64,000 nucleotides of DNA from Eledone cirrhosa (lineage: Eukaryota): NCBI GenBank assembly GCA_964016885.1, contig OZ024740.1, positions 255,378,001 through 255,442,000 on the forward strand, written 5' to 3'. The notes under the pieces were generated by a model. The model was not told the DNA's origin. It saw only the letters and a list, made by a program, of their open reading frames with translations, and searched no databases. Positions 47,827 to 62,800 of this stretch are shown one piece after another. Made by a program: the position numbers and the translations under genes. How positions within the stretch are numbered: position 1 is the stretch's first letter; each line of letters starts with the position of its first letter.

Positions 47827-50800
47827 TGGTACTTTCCCCCTGTTACTCTACTCTTCCGTTCTCTATCTGGTACTTTCCCCCTGTTACTCTACTGTCCCGT
47901 TCTCTATCTGGTACTTTCCCCCTGTTACTCTACTGTCCCGTTCTCTATCTGGTACTTTCCCCCTGTTACTCTACTCTTCCGTTCTCTATCTGGTACTTTC
48001 CTCCTGTTACTCTACTGTCCCGTTCTCTATCTGGTACTTTCCCCCTGTTACTCTACTGTCCCGTTCTCTATCTGATACTTTCCCCCTGTTATTCTACTGT
48101 CCCGTTCTCTATCTGGTACTTTCCCCCTGTTACTCTACTGTCCTGTTCTCTATCTGGTACTTTCCCCCTGTTACTCTACTGTCCCGTTCTCTATCTGGTA
48201 CTTTCCCCCTGTTACTCTACTGTCCCGTTCTCTATCTGGTACTTTCCCCCTGTTACTTTACTGTCAAGTTCTCTATCTGGTACTTTCCCCCTGTTACTCT
48301 ACTGTCCCGTTCTCTATCTGGTACTTTCCCCCTGTTACTCTACTGTCAAGTTCTCTATCTGGTACTTTCCCCCTGTTACTCTACCGTCCCGTTCTCTATC
48401 TGATACTTTCCCCCTGTTACTCTACTCTCAAGTTCTCTATCTCGTACTTTCCCCCTGTTACTCTACTGTCCCGTTCTCTATCTGGTACTTTCCCCCTGTT
48501 ACTGTACTGTCCCGTTCTCTATCTGGTACTTTCCCCCTGTTACTCTACTGTCCCGTTCTCTATCTGGTACTTTCCCCCTGTTATTCTACTGTCCCGTTCT
48601 CTATCTGGTACTTTCCCCCTGTTACTCTACTGTCCCATTCTTTATCTGTTACTTTCCCCCTGTTACTCTACTGTCCCGTTCTCTATCTGGTACTTTCCCC
48701 CTGTTACTCTACTGTCCCGTTCTTTATCTGGTACTTTCCCCCTGTTACTTTACTGTCCCGTTCTCTATCTGGTACTTTCCCCCTGTTACTGTACTGTCCC
48801 GTTCTCTATCTGGTACTTTCCCCTGTTACTCTACTGTCCCGTTCTCTATCTGGTACTTTCCCCCTGTTACTCTACTGTCCCGTTCTCTATCTGGTACTTT
48901 CCCCCTGTTACTGTACTGTCCCGTTCTCTATCTGGTACTTTCCCCTGTTACTGTACTGTCCCGTTCTCTATCTGGTACTTTCCCACTGTTACTCTACTGT
49001 CCCGTTCTTTATCTGGTACTTTCCCCCTGTTACTCTACTGTCCCGTTCTCTATCTGATACTTTCCCCCTGTTACTCTACTCTCAAATTCTCTATCTCGTA
49101 CTTTCCCCCTGTTATTCTACTGTCCCGTTCTCTATCTGGTACTTTCCCCCTGTTACTCTACTGTCCCATTCTCTATCTGGTACTTTCCCCCTGTTACTCT
49201 ACTGTCCCGTTCTCTATCTGGTACTTTCCCCCTGTTACTGTACTGTCCCGTTCTCTATCTGGTACTTTCCCCCTGTTACTCTACTGTCCCGTTCTCTATC
49301 TGGTACTTTCCCCCTGTTACTCTACTGTCCCGTTCTCTATCTGGTACTTTCCACCTGTTACTTTACTGTCCCGTTCTCTATCTGGTACTTTCCCCCTGTT
49401 ACTCTACTGTCCCGTTCTCTATCTGGTACTTTCCCCCTGTTACTCTACTGTCCCGTTCTCTATCTGGTACTTTCCCCCTGTTACTGTACTGTCCCGTTCT
49501 TTATCTGGTACTTTCCCCCTGTTACTCTACTATCCCGTTCTCTATCTGGTACTTTCCCCTGTTACTCTACTGTCCCGTTCTTTATCTGGTACTTTCCCCC
49601 TGTTACTGTACTGTCCCGTTCTCTATCTGGTACTTTCCCCCTGTTACTCTACTGTCCCGTTCTCTATCTGGTACTTTCCCCCTGTTACTCTACTGTCCCG
49701 TTCTCTATCTGGTACTTTCCCCCTGTTACTCTACTGTCCCGTTCTCTATCTGGTACTTTCCCACTGTTACTCTACTGTCCCGTTCTTTATCTGGTACTTT
49801 CCCCTGTTACTGTACTGTCCCGTTCTCTATCTGGTACTTTCCCACTGTTACTCTACTGTCCCGTTCTTTATCTGGTACTTTCCCCCTGTTACTCTACTGT
49901 CCCGTTCTCTATCTGATACTTTTCCCCTGTTACTCTACTCTCAAGTTCTCTATCTCGTACTTTCCCCCTGTTACTCTACTGTCCCGTTCTTTATCTGGTA
50001 CTTTCCCCCTGTTACTGTACTGTCCCGTTCTCTATCTGGTACTTTCCCCCTGTTACTCTACTGTCCCGTTCTCTATCTGGTACTTTCCCCCTGTTACTCT
50101 ACTGTCCCGTTCTCTATCTGGTACTTTCCCCCTGTTACTCTACTGTCAAGTTCTCTACCTGGTACTTTCCCCCTGTTATTCTACTGTCCCGTTCTCTATC
50201 TGGTACTTTCCCCTTGTTACTCTACTGTCCCGTTCTCTATCTGGTAATTTCCCCCTGTTACTCTACTGCCCCGTTCTCTATCTGGTACTTTCCCCCTGTT
50301 ACTCTACTGTCCTGTTCTCTATCTGGTACTTTCCCCCTGTTACTCTACTGTCCCGTTCTCTATCTGGTACTTTCCCCCTGTTACTCTACTGTCCCGTTCT
50401 CTATCTGGTACTTTCCCCCTGTTACTCTACTGTCAAGTTCTCTACCTGGTACTTTCCCCCTGTTATTCTACTGTCCCGTTCTCTATCTGGTACTTTCCCC
50501 CTGTTACTCTACTGTCCCGTTCTCTATCTGGTACTTTCCCCCTGTTACTCTACTGTCCCGTTCTCTATCTGGTACTTTCCCCCTGTTACTCTACTGTCCC
50601 GTTCTCTATCTGGTACTTTCCCCCTGTTACTCTACTGTCAAGTTCTCTATCTGGTACTTTCCCCCTGTTACTCTACTGTCCCGTTCTCTATCTGGTACTT
50701 TCCCCCTGTTATTCTACTGTCCCGTTCTCTATCTGGTACTTCCCCTGTTACTCTACTGTCAAGTTCTCTATCTGGTACTTTCCCCCTGTTACTGTACTGT

Positions 50801-53800
50801 CCCGTTCTCTATCTGGTACTTTCCCCCTGTTACTCTACTGTCCCGTTCTCTATCTGGTACTTTCCCCCTGTTACTGTACTGTCCCGTTCTCTATCTGGTA
50901 CTTTCCCCCTGTTACTCTACTGTCCCGTTCTCTATCTGGTACTTTCCCCCTGTTACTCTACTGTCCCGTTCTCTATCTGGTACTTTCCCCCTGTTACTCT
51001 ACTGTCCCGTTCTCTATCTTGTACTTTCCCCCTGTTACTCTACTGTCCCGTTCTCTATCTGGTACTTTCCCCCTGTTACTCTACTGTCCCGTTCTCTACC
51101 TGGTACTTTCCCCCTGTTATTCTACTGTCCCGTTCTCTATCTGGTACTTTCCCCCTGTTACTCTACTGTCCCGTTCTCTATCTGGTACTTTCCCCCTGTT
51201 ACTCTACTGTCCCGTTCTCTATCTGGTACTTTCCCCCTGTTACTCTACTGTCCCGTTCTCTATCTGGTACTTTCCCCCTGTTACTCTACTGTCAAGTTCT
51301 CTACCTGGTACTTTCCCCCTGTTATTCTACTGTCTGTTCTCTATCTGGTACTTTCCCCCTGTTACTGTACTGTCCCGTTCTCTATCTGGTACTTTCCCCC
51401 TGTTACTCTACTGTCCCGTTCTCTATCTGGCACTTTCCCCCTGTTACTGTACTGTCCCGTTCTCTATCTGGTACTTTCCCACTGTTACTGTACTGTCCCG
51501 TTCTCTATCTGGTACTTTCCCCCTGTTACTCTACTGTCCCGTTCTTTATCTGGTACTTTCCCCCTGTTACTCTACTGTCCCGTTCTTTATCTGGTACTTT
51601 CCCCCTGTTACTGTACTGTCCCGTTCTCTATCTGGTACTTTCCCCCTGTTACTCTACTGTCCCGTTCTCTATCTGGTACTTTCCCCCTGTTACTCTACTG
51701 TCCCGTTCTCTATCTGGTACTTTCCCCCTGTTAGTGTACTGTCCCGTTCTCTATCTGGTACTTTCCCCCTGTTACTGTACTGTCCCGTTCTCTATCTGGT
51801 ACTTTCCCACTGTTACTGTATACTGTCCCGTTCTCTATCTGGTACTTTCCCACTGTTACTGTACTGTCCCGTTCTTTATCTGGTACTTTCCCACTGTTAC
51901 TGTACTGTCCCGTTCTCTATCTGGTACTTTCCCCCTGTTACTCTACTGTCCCGTTCTCTATCTGGTACTTTCCCCCTGTTACTCTACTGTCCCGTTCTCT
52001 ATCTGGTACTTTCCCCCTGTTATTCTACTGTCCCGTTCTCTATCTGGTACTTTCCCCCTGTTACTCTACTGTCCCGTTCTCTATCTGGTACTTTCCCCCT
52101 GTTACTTTACTGTCCCGTTCTCTATCTGGTACTTTCCCCTGTTACTCTACTGTCCCGTTCTCTATCTGGTACTTTCCCCCTATTACTCTACTGTCCCGTT
52201 CTCTATCTGGTACTTTCCCCCTGTTACTGTACTGTCCCGTTCTTTATCTGGTACTTTCCCCTTGTTACTCTACTGTCCCGTTCTCTATCTGGTACTTTCC
52301 CCCTGTTACTCTACTGTCCCGTGCTTTATCTGGTACTTTCCCCCTGTTACTGTACTGTCCCGTTCTCTATCTGGTACTTTCCCCCGGTTACTCTACTGTC
52401 CCGGTCTCTATCTGGTACTTTCCCCCTGTTACTCTACTGTCCCGTTCTCTATCTGGTACTTTCCCCCTGTTACTCTACTGTCCCGTTCTCTATCTGGTAC
52501 TTTCCCCCTGTTACTCTACTGTCCCGTTCTTTATCTGGTACTTTCCCCCTGTTACTGTACTGTCCCGTTCTCTATCTGGTACTTTCCCCCTGTTACTCTA
52601 CTGTCCCGTTCTCTATCTGGTACTTTCCCCCTGTCACTCTACTGTCCCGTTCTCTATCTGGTACTTTCCCCCTGTTACTGTACTGTCCCGTTCTCTATCT
52701 GGTACTTTCCCCCTGTTACTGTACTGTCCCGTTCTCTATCTGGTACTTTCCCCCTGTTACTGTACTGTCCCGTTCTCTATCTGGTACTTTCCCCCTGTTA
52801 CTCTACTGTCCCGTTCTCTATCTGGTACTTTCCCCCTGTTACTGTACTGTCCCGTTCTTTATCTGGTACTTTCCCCCTGTTACTCTACTGTCCCGTTCTC
52901 TATCTCGTACTTTCCCCCTGTTACTGTACTGTCCCGTTCTCTATCTGGTACTTTCCCACTGTTACTGTACTGTCCCATTCTCTATCTGGTACTTTCCCCC
53001 TGTTACTGTACTGTCCCGTTCTCTATCTGGTACTTTCCCCCTGTTACTCTACTGTCCCGTTCTCTATCTGGTACTTTCCCCCTGTTACTCTACTGTCAAG
53101 TTCTCTACCTGGTACTTTCCCCCTGTTATTCTACTGTCCCGTTCTCTATCTGGTACTTTCCCCCTGTTACTCTACTGTCAAGTTCTCTATCTGGTACTTT
53201 CCCCCTGTTACTGTACTGTCCCGTTCTCTATCTGGTACTTTCCCCCTGTTACTCTACTGTCCCGTTCTCTATCTGGTACTTTCCCCCTGTTACTCTATTG
53301 TCCTGTTCTCTATCTGGTACTTTCCCCCTGTTACTCTACTGTCCCGTTCTCTATCTGGTACTTTCCCCCTGTTACTCTACTGTCCCGTTTTCTATCTGGT
53401 AATTTCCCCCTGTTACTCTACTGTCAAGTTCTCTACCTGGTACTTTCCCCCTGTTATTCTACTGTCCCGTTCTCTATCTGGTACTTTCCCCCTGTTACTC
53501 TACTGTCCCGTTCTCTATCTGGTACTTTCCCCCTGTTACTCTACTGTCCCGTTCTCTATCTGGTACTTTCCCCTGTTACTCTACTGTCCCGTTCTCTATC
53601 TGGTACTTTCCCCCTGTTACTCTACTGTCAAGTTCTCTATCTGGTACTTTCCCCCTGTTACTCTACTGTCCCGTTCTCTATCTGGTACTTTCCCCCTGCT
53701 ATTCTACTGTCCCGTTCTCTATCTGGTACTTTCCCCCTGTTACTCTACTGTCAAGTTCTCTATCTGGTACTTTCCCCCTGTTACTGTACTGTCCCGTTCT

Positions 53801-56800
53801 CTATCTGGTACTTTCCCCCTGTTACTCTACTGTCCCGTTCTCTATATGTTACTTTCCCCTGTTACTCTACTGTCCCGTTCTCTATCTGGTACTTTCCCCC
53901 TGTTACTGTACTGTCCCGTTCTCTATCTGGTACTTTCCCCCTGTTACTCTACTGTCCCGTTCTCTATCTGGTACTTTCCCCCTGTTACTCTACTGCCCCG
54001 TTCTCTATCTGGTACTTTCCCCCTGTTACTCTACTGTCCCGTTCTCTATCTGGTACTTTCCCCCTGTTACTCTACTGTCCCGTTCTCTATCTGGTACTTT
54101 CCCCCTGTTACTCTACTGTCCCGTTCTCTATCTGGTACTTTCCCCCTGTTACTCTACTGTCCCGTTCTCTATCTGGTACTTTCCCCCTGTTACTCTACTG
54201 TCCCGTTCTCTATCTGGTACTTTCCCCCTGTTACTGTACTGTCCCGTTCTCTATCTGGTACTTTCCCCTGTTACTCTACTGTCAAGTTCTCTACCTGGTA
54301 CTTTCCCCCTGTTACTCTACTGTCCCGTTCTCTATCTGGTACTTTCCCCCTGTTACTGTACTGTCCCGTTCTCTATCTGGTACTTTCCCCCTGTTACTCT
54401 ACTGTCCCGTTCTCTATCTGGTACTTTCCCCCTGTTACTCTACTGTCCCGTTCTTTATCTGGTACTTTCCCCCTGTTACTGTACTGTCCCGTTCTCTATA
54501 TGGTACTTTCCCCCTGTTACTCTACTGTCCCGTTCTCTATCTGGTACTTTCCCCCTGTTACTCTACTGTCCCGTTCTCTATCTGGTACTTTCCCCCTGTT
54601 ACTGTACTGTCCCGTTCTCTATCTGGTACTTTCCCCTGTTACTCTACTGTCCCGTTCTCTATCTGGTACTTTCCCCCTGTTACTCTACTGTCCCGTTCTC
54701 TATCTGGTACTTTCCCACTGTTACTGTACTGTCTCGTTCTCTATCTGGTACTTTCCCCCTGTTACTGTACTGTCCCGTTCTCTATCTGGTACTTTCTCCC
54801 TGTTACTCTACTGTCCCGTTCTCTATCTGGTACTTTCCCCCTGTTACTGTACTGTCCCGTTCTCTATCTGGTACTTTCCCCCTGTTACTGTACTGTCCCG
54901 TTCTCTATCTGGTACTTTCCCCTGTTACTGTACTGTCCCGTTCTCTATCTGGTACTTTCCCCCTGTTACTCTACTGTCCCGTTCTTTATCTGGTACTTTC
55001 CCCCTGTTACTCTACTGTCCCGTTCTCTATCTGATACTTTCCCCCTGTTACTCTACTCTCAAGTTCTCTATCTCGTACTTTCCCCCTGTTACTCTACTGT
55101 CCCGTTCTCTATCTGGTACTTTCCCCCTGTTACTCTACTGTCCCGTTCTCTATCTGGTACTTTCCCCCTGTTACTCTACTGTCCCGTTCTCTATCTGGTA
55201 CTTTCCCCCTGTTACTGTACTGTCCCGTTCTCTATCTGGTACTTTCCGCCTGTTACTGTACTGTCCCGTTCTCTATCTGGTACTTTCCCCTGTTACTGTA
55301 CTGTCCCGTTCTCTATCTGGTACTTTCCCCCTGTTACTCTACTGTCCCGTTCTTTATCTGGTACTTTCCCCCTGTTACTCTACTGTCCCGTTCTCTATCT
55401 GATACTTTCCCCCTGTTACTCTACTCTCAAGTTCTCTATCTCGTACTTTCCCCCTGTTACTCTACTGTCCCGTTCTCTATCTGGTACTTTCCCCCTGTTA
55501 CTCTACTGTCCCGTTCTCTATCTGGTACTTTCCCCCTGTTACTCTACTGTCCCGTTCTCTATCTGGTACTTTCCCCCTGTTACTGTACTGTCCCGTTCTC
55601 TATCTGGTACTTTCTCCCTGTTACTCTACTGTCCCGTTCTCTATCTGGTACTTTCCCCCTGTTACTCTACTGTCCCGTTCTCTATCTGGTACTTTCCCCC
55701 TGTTACTCTACTGTCCCGTTCTCTATCTGGTACTTTCTCCCTGTTACTCTACTGTCCCGTTCTTTATCTGGTACTTTCCCCCTGTTACTGTACTGTCCCG
55801 TTCTTTATCTGGTACTTTCCCCCTGTTACTGTACTGTCCAGTTCTCTATCTGGTACTTTCCCCCTGTTACTCTACTGTCCCGTTCTCTATCTGGTACTTT
55901 CCCCCTGTTACTCTACTGTCCCGTTCCCTATCTGGTACTTTCCTCCTGCTACTCTACTGTCCCGTTCTCTATCTGGTACTTTCCCCCTGTTACTCTACTG
56001 TCCCGTTCTTTATCTGGTACTTTCCCCCTGTTACTGTACTGTCCCGTTCTCTATCCGGTACTTTCCCCCTGTTACTCTACTGTCCCGTTCTCTATCTGGT
56101 ACTTTCCCCCTGTTACTCTACTGTTCCGTTCTTTATCTGGTACTTTCCCCCTGTTACTATACTGTCCCGTTCTCTATCTGGTACTTTCCCCCTGTTACTC
56201 TACTGTCCCGTTCTCTATCTGGTACTTTCCCCCTGTTACACTACTGTCCCGTTCTCTATCTGGTACTTTCCAACTGTTACTCTACTGTCTCGTTCTCTAT
56301 CTGGTACTTTCCCCCTGTTACTCTACTGTCCCGTTCTTTATCTGGTACTTTCCCCCTGTTACTGAACTGTCCCGTTCTCTATCTGGTACTTTCCCCCTGT
56401 TACTCTACTGTCCCGTTCTCTATCTGGTACTTTCCCCCTGTTACTCTACTGTCCCGTTCTCTATCTGGTACTTTCCCCCTGTTACTCTACTGTCCCGTTC
56501 TTTATCTGGCACTTTCCCCCTGTTACCGTACTGTCCCGTTCTCTATCTGGTACTTTCCCCCTGTTACTCTACTGTCCCGTTCTCTATCTGGTACTTTCCC
56601 CCTGTTACTCTACTGTCCCGTTCTCTATCTGGTACTTTCCCCCTGTTACTCTACTGTCCCGTTCTTTATCTGCTACTTTCCCCCTGTTACTGTACTGTCC
56701 CGTTCTCTATCTGGTACTTTCCCCCTGTTACTCTACTGTCCCGTTCTCTATCTGGTACTTTCCCCCTGTTACTCTACTGTCCCGTTCTCTATCTGGTACT

Positions 56801-59800
56801 TTCCCCCTGTTACTCTACTGTCCCGTTCTCTATCTGGTACTTTCCCCCTGTTACTGTACTGTCCCGTTCTCTATCTGGTACTTTCCCCCTGTTACTGTAC
56901 TGTCCCGTTCTCTATCTGGTACTTTCCCCGTGTTACTCTACTGTCCCGTTCTCTATCTGGTACTTTCCCCCTGTTACTCTACTGTCCCGTTCTCTATCTG
57001 GTACTTTCCCCCTGTTATTCTACTGTCCCGTTCTCTATCTGGTACTTTCCCCCTGTTACTCTACTGTCCCGTTCTCTATCTGGTACTTTCCCCTGTTACT
57101 CTACTGTCCCGTTCTCTATCTGGTACTTTCCCCCTGTTACTGTACTGTCCCGTTTTTTATCTGGTACTTTCCCCCTGTTACTGTACTTTCCCGTTCTCTA
57201 TCTGGTACTTTCCCTCTGTTACTCTACTGACCCGTTCTCTATCTGCTACTTTCCCCCTGTTACTCTACTGTCCCGTTCTCTATCTGGTACTTTCCCCCTG
57301 TTACTCTACTGTCAAGTTCTCTACCTGGTACTTTCCCCCTGTTATTCTACTGTCTGTTCTCTATCTGGTACTTTCCCCCTGTTACTCTACTGTCCCGTTC
57401 TTTATCTGGTACTTTCCCCCTGTTACTCTACTGTCCCGTTCTTTATCTGGTACTTTCCCCCTGTTACTGTACTGTCCCGTTCTCTATCTGGTACTTTCCC
57501 CCTGTTACTCTACTGTCCCGTTCTCTATCTGGTACTTTCCCCCTGTTACTCTACTGTCCCGTTCTCTATCTGGTACTTTCCCCCTGTTACTGTACTGTCC
57601 CGTTCTCTATCTGGTACTTTCCCCCTGTTACTCTACTGTCCCGTTCTCTATCTGGTACTTTCCCGCTGTTACTGTATACTGTCCCGTTCTCTATCTGGTA
57701 CTTTCCCACTGTTACTGTACTGTCCCGTTCTTTATCTGGTACTTTCCCACTGTTACTGTACTGTCCCGTTCTCTATCTGGTACTTTCCCCCTGTTACTCT
57801 ACTGTCCCGTTCTCTATCTGGTACTTTCCCCCTGTTATTCTACTGTCCCGTTCTCTATCTGGTACTTTCCCCTGTTACTCTACTGTCCCGTTCTCTATCT
57901 GGTACTTTCCCCCTGTTAATTTACTGTCCCGTTCTCTATCTGGTACTTTCCCCTGTTACTCTACTGTCCCGTTCTCTATCTGGTACTTTCCCCCTGTTAC
58001 TCTACTGTCCCGTTCTCTATCTGGTACTTTCCCCCTGTTACTGTACTGTCCCGTTCTTTATCTGGTACTTTCCCCTTGTTACTCTACTGTCCCGTTCTCT
58101 ATCTGGTACTTTCCCCCTGTTACTCTACTGTCCCGTTCTTTATCTGGTACTTTCCCCCTGTTACTGTACTGTCCCGTTCTCTATCTGGTACTTTCCCCCT
58201 GTTACTCTACTGTCCCGGTCTCTATCTGGTACTTTCCCCCTGTTACTCTACTGTCCCGTTCTCTATCTGGTACTTTCCCCCTGTTACTGTACTGTCCCGT
58301 TCTCTATCTGGTACTTTCCCCCTGTTACTCTACTGTCCCGTTCTCTATCTGGTACTTTCCCCCTGTTACTCTACTGTCCCGTTCTTTATCTGGTACTTTC
58401 CCCCTGTTACTGTACTGTCCCGTTCTCTATCTGGTACTTTCCCCCTGTTACTCTACTGTCCCGTTCTCTATCTGGTACTTTCCCCCTGTCACTCTACTGT
58501 CCCGTTCTCTATCTGGTACTTTCCCCCTGTTACTGTACTGTCCCGTTCTCTATCTGGTACTTTCCCCCTGTTACTGTACTGTCCCGTTCTCTATCTGGTA
58601 CTCTCCCCCTGTTACTGTACTGTCCCGTTCTCTATCTGGTACTTTCCCCCTGTTACTCTACTGTCCCGTTCTCTATCTGGTACTTTCCCCCTGTTACTGT
58701 ACTGTCCCGTTCTTTATCTGGTACTTTCCCCCTGTTACTCTACTGTCCCGTTCTCTATCTCGTACTTTCCCCCTGTTACTGTACTGTCCCGTTCTCTATC
58801 TGGTACTTTCCCACTGTTACTGTACTGTCCCATTCTCTATCTGGTACTTTCCCCCTGTTACTGTACTGTCCCGTTCTCTATCTGGTACTTTCCCCCTGTT
58901 ACTCTACTGTCCCGTTCTCTATCTGGTACTTTCCCCCTGTTACTCTACTGTCCTGTTCTCTATCTGGTACTTTCCCCCTGTTACTCTAATATGCCGTTTT
59001 CTATCTGGTACTTTCCCCCTGTTACTCTACTGTCCCGTTTTCTATCTGGTACTTTCCCCCTGTTACTCTACTGTCAAGTTCTCTACCTGGTACTTTCCCC
59101 CTGTTATTCTACTGTCCCGTTCTCTATCTGGTACTTTCCCCCTGTTACTCTACTGTCCCGTTCTCTATCTGGTACTTTCCCCCTGTTACTCTACTGTCCC
59201 GTTCTCTATCTGGTACTTTCCCCCTGTTACTCTACTGTCCCGTTCTCTATCTGGTACTTTCCCCCTGTTACTCTACTGTCAAGTTCTCTATCTGGTACTT
59301 TCCCCCTGTTACTCTACTGTCCCGTTCTCTATCTGGTACTTTCCCCCTGCTATTCTACTGTCCCGTTCTCTATCTGGTACTTTCCCCCTGTTACACTACT
59401 GTCAAGTTCTCTATCTGGTACTTTCCCCCTGTTACTGTACTGTCCCGTTCTCTATCTGGTACTTTCCCCCTGTTACTCTACTGTCCCGTTCTCTATATGG
59501 TACTTTCCCCCTGTTACTCTACTGTCCCGTTCTCTATCTGGTACTTTCCCCCTGTTACTGTACTGTCCCGTTCTCTATCTGGTACTTTCCCCCTGTTACT
59601 CTACTGTCCCGTTCTCTATCTGGTACTTTCCCCCTGTTACTCTACTGTCCCGTTCTCTATCTGGTACTTTCCCCCTGTTACTCTACTGTCCCGTTCTCTA
59701 TCTGGTACTTTCCCCCTGTTACTCTACTGTCCCGTTCTCTATCTGGTACTTTCCCCCTGTTACTCTACTGTCCCGTTCTCTATCTGGTACTTTCCCCCTG

Positions 59801-62800
59801 TTACTCTACTGTCCCGTTCTCTATCTGGTACTTTCCCCCTGTTACTCTACTGTCCCGTTCTCTATCTGGTACTTTCCCCCTGTTACTGTACTGTCCCGTT
59901 CTCTATCTGGTACTTTCCCCTGTTACTCTACTGTCAAGTTCTCTACCTGGTACTTTTCCCCTGTTACTCTACTGTCCCGTTCTCTATCTGGTACTTTCCC
60001 CCTGTTACTGTACTGTCCCGTTCTCTATCTGGTACTTTCCCCCTGTTACTCTACTGTCCCGTTCTCTATCTGGTACTTTCCCCCTGTTACTCTACTGTCC
60101 CGTTCTTTATTTGGTACTTTCCCCCTGTTACTGTACTGTCCCGTTCTCTATCTGGTACTTTCCCCCTGTTACTCTACTGTCCCGTTCTCTATCTGGTACT
60201 TTCCCCCTGTTACTCTACTGTCCCGTTCTCTATCTGGTACTTTCCCCCTGTTACTGTACTGTCCCCTTCTCTATCTGGTACTTTCCCCTGTTACTCTACT
60301 GTCCCGTTCTCTATCTGGTACTTTCCCCCTGTTACTGTACTGTCCCGTTCTCTATCTGGTACTTTCCCCCTGTTACTCTACTGTCCCGTTCTCTATCTGG
60401 TACTTTCCCCCTGTTACTCTACTGTCCCGTTCTCTATCTGGTACTTTCCCCCTGTTACTCTACTGTCCCGTTCTCTATCTGGTACTTTCTCCCTGTTACT
60501 CTACTGTCCCGTTCTTTATCTGGTACTTTCCCCCTGTTACTGTACTGTCCCGTTCTTTATCTGGTACTTTCCCCCTGTTACTGTACTGTCCCGTTCTCTA
60601 TCTGGTACTTTCCCCCTGTTACTCTACTGTCCCGTTCTCTATCTGGTACTTTCCCCCTGTTACTCTACTGTCCCGTTCTCTATCTGGTACTTTCCTCCTG
60701 CTACTCTACTGTCCCGTTCTCTATCTGGTACTTTCCCCCTGTTACTCTACTGTCCCGTTCTTTATCTGGTACTTTCCCCCTGTTACTGTACTGTCCCGTT
60801 CTCTATCCGGTACTTTCCCCCTGTTACTCTACTGTCCCGTTCTCTATCTGGTACTTTCCCCCTGTTACTCTACTGTTCCGTTCTTTATCTGGTACTTTCC
60901 CCCTGTTACTATACTGTCCCGTTCTCTATCTGGTACTTTCCCCCTGTTACTCTACTGTCCCGTTCTCTATCTGGTACTTTCCCCCTGTTACTCTACTGTC
61001 CCGTTCTCTATCTGGTACTTTCCCCCTGTTACTCTACTGTCCCGTTCTCTATCTGGTACTTTCCCCCTGTTACTCTACTGTCCCGTTCTTTATCTGGTAC
61101 TTTCCCCCTGTTACTGAACTGTCCCGTTCTCTATCTGGTACTTTCCCCCTGTTACTCTACTGTCCCGTTCTCTATCTGGTACTTTCCCCCTGTTACTCTA
61201 CTGTCCCGTTCTCTATCTGGTACTTTCCCCCTGTTACTCTACTGTCCCGTTCTTTATCTGGTACTTTCCCCCTGTTACCGTACTGTCCCGTTCTCTATCT
61301 GGTACTTTCCCCCTGTTACACTACTGTCCCGTTCTCTATCTGGTACTTTCCCCCTGTTACTCTACTGTCCCGTTCTCTATCTGGTACTTCCCCCCTGTTA
61401 CTCTACTGTCCCGTTCTTTATCTGCTACTTTCCCCCTGTTACTGTACTGTCCCGTTCTCTATCTGGTACTTTCCCCCTGTTACTCTACTGTCCCGTTCTC
61501 TATCTGGTACTTTCCCCCTGTTACTCTACTGTCCCGTTCTCTATCTGGTACTTTTCCCCTGTTACTCTACTGTCCCGTTCTCTATCTGGTACTTTCCCCC
61601 TGTTACTGTACTGTCCCGTTCTCTATCTGGTACTTTCCCCCTGTTACTGTACTGTCCCGTTCTCTATCTGGTACTTTCCCCGTGTTACTCTACTGTCCCG
61701 TTTTCTATCTGGTACTTTCCCCCTGTTACTCTACTGTCCCGTTCTCTATCTGGTACTTTCCCCCTGTTATTCTACTGTCCCGTTCTCTATCTGGTACTTT
61801 CCCCCTGTTACTCTACTGTCCCGTTCTCTATCTGGTACTTTCCCCTGTTACTCTACTGTCCCGTTCTCTATCTGGTACTTTCCCCCTGTTACTGTACTGT
61901 CCCGTTTTTTATCTGGTACTTTCCCCCTGTTACTGTACTTTCCCGTTCTCTATCTGGTACTTTCCCCCTGTTACTCTACTGACCCGTTCTCTATCTGCTA
62001 CTTTCCCCCTGTTACTCTACTGTCCCGTTCTCTATCTGGTACTTTCCCCCTGTTACTCTACTGTCCCGTTCTTTATCTGGTACTTTCCCCCTGTTACTGT
62101 ACTGTCCCGTTCTCTATCTGGTACTTTCTCCCTGTTACTCTACTGTCCCGTTCTCTGTCTGGTACTTTCCCCCTGTTACTCTACTGTCCCGTTCTCTATC
62201 TGGTACTTTCCCCCTGTTACTCTACTGTCCCGTTCTTTATCTGGTACTTTCCCCCTGTTACTGTACTGTCCCGTTCTCTATCTGGTACTTTCCCCCTGTT
62301 ACTCTACTGTCCCGTTCTCTATCTGGTACTTTCCCCCTGTTACTCTACTGTCCTCTTCTCTATCTGGTACTTTCCCCCTGTTACTGTACTGTCCCGTTCT
62401 TTATCTGGTACTTTCCCCCTGTTATTCTACTGTCCCGTTATCTATCTGGTACTTTCCCCCTGTTACTCTACTGTCCTCTTCTCTATCTGGTACTTCCCCC
62501 TGTTACTCTACTGTCCTCTTCTCTATTTGGTACTTTCCCCCTGTTGCTGTACTGTCCCGTTCTCTATCTGGTACTTTCCCCCTGTTACTGTACTGTCCCG
62601 TTCTCTATCTGGTACTTTCCCCTGTTACTCTACTGTCCCGTTCTCTATCTGGTACTTTCCCCCCTGTTACTGTACTGTCCCGTTCTCTATCTGGTACTTT
62701 CCCCCTGTTACTCTACTGTCCCGTTCTCTATCTGGTACTTTCCCCCTGTTACTGTACTGTCCCGTTCTCTATCTGGTACATTCCCCCTGTTACTGTACTG

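Noticed and set aside
47827-47870. Satellite derived from the SINE (CTGGTACTTT) or LINE 3'UTR (CTGTACTGTCC)
   Set aside because: Matches are only 10-11 nt, too short to establish origin.
47792-61982. Giant ORFs (up to 2656 aa) as real genes
   Set aside because: They are translations of a 41-bp satellite, open in all plus frames, with no genuine start or unique domain.
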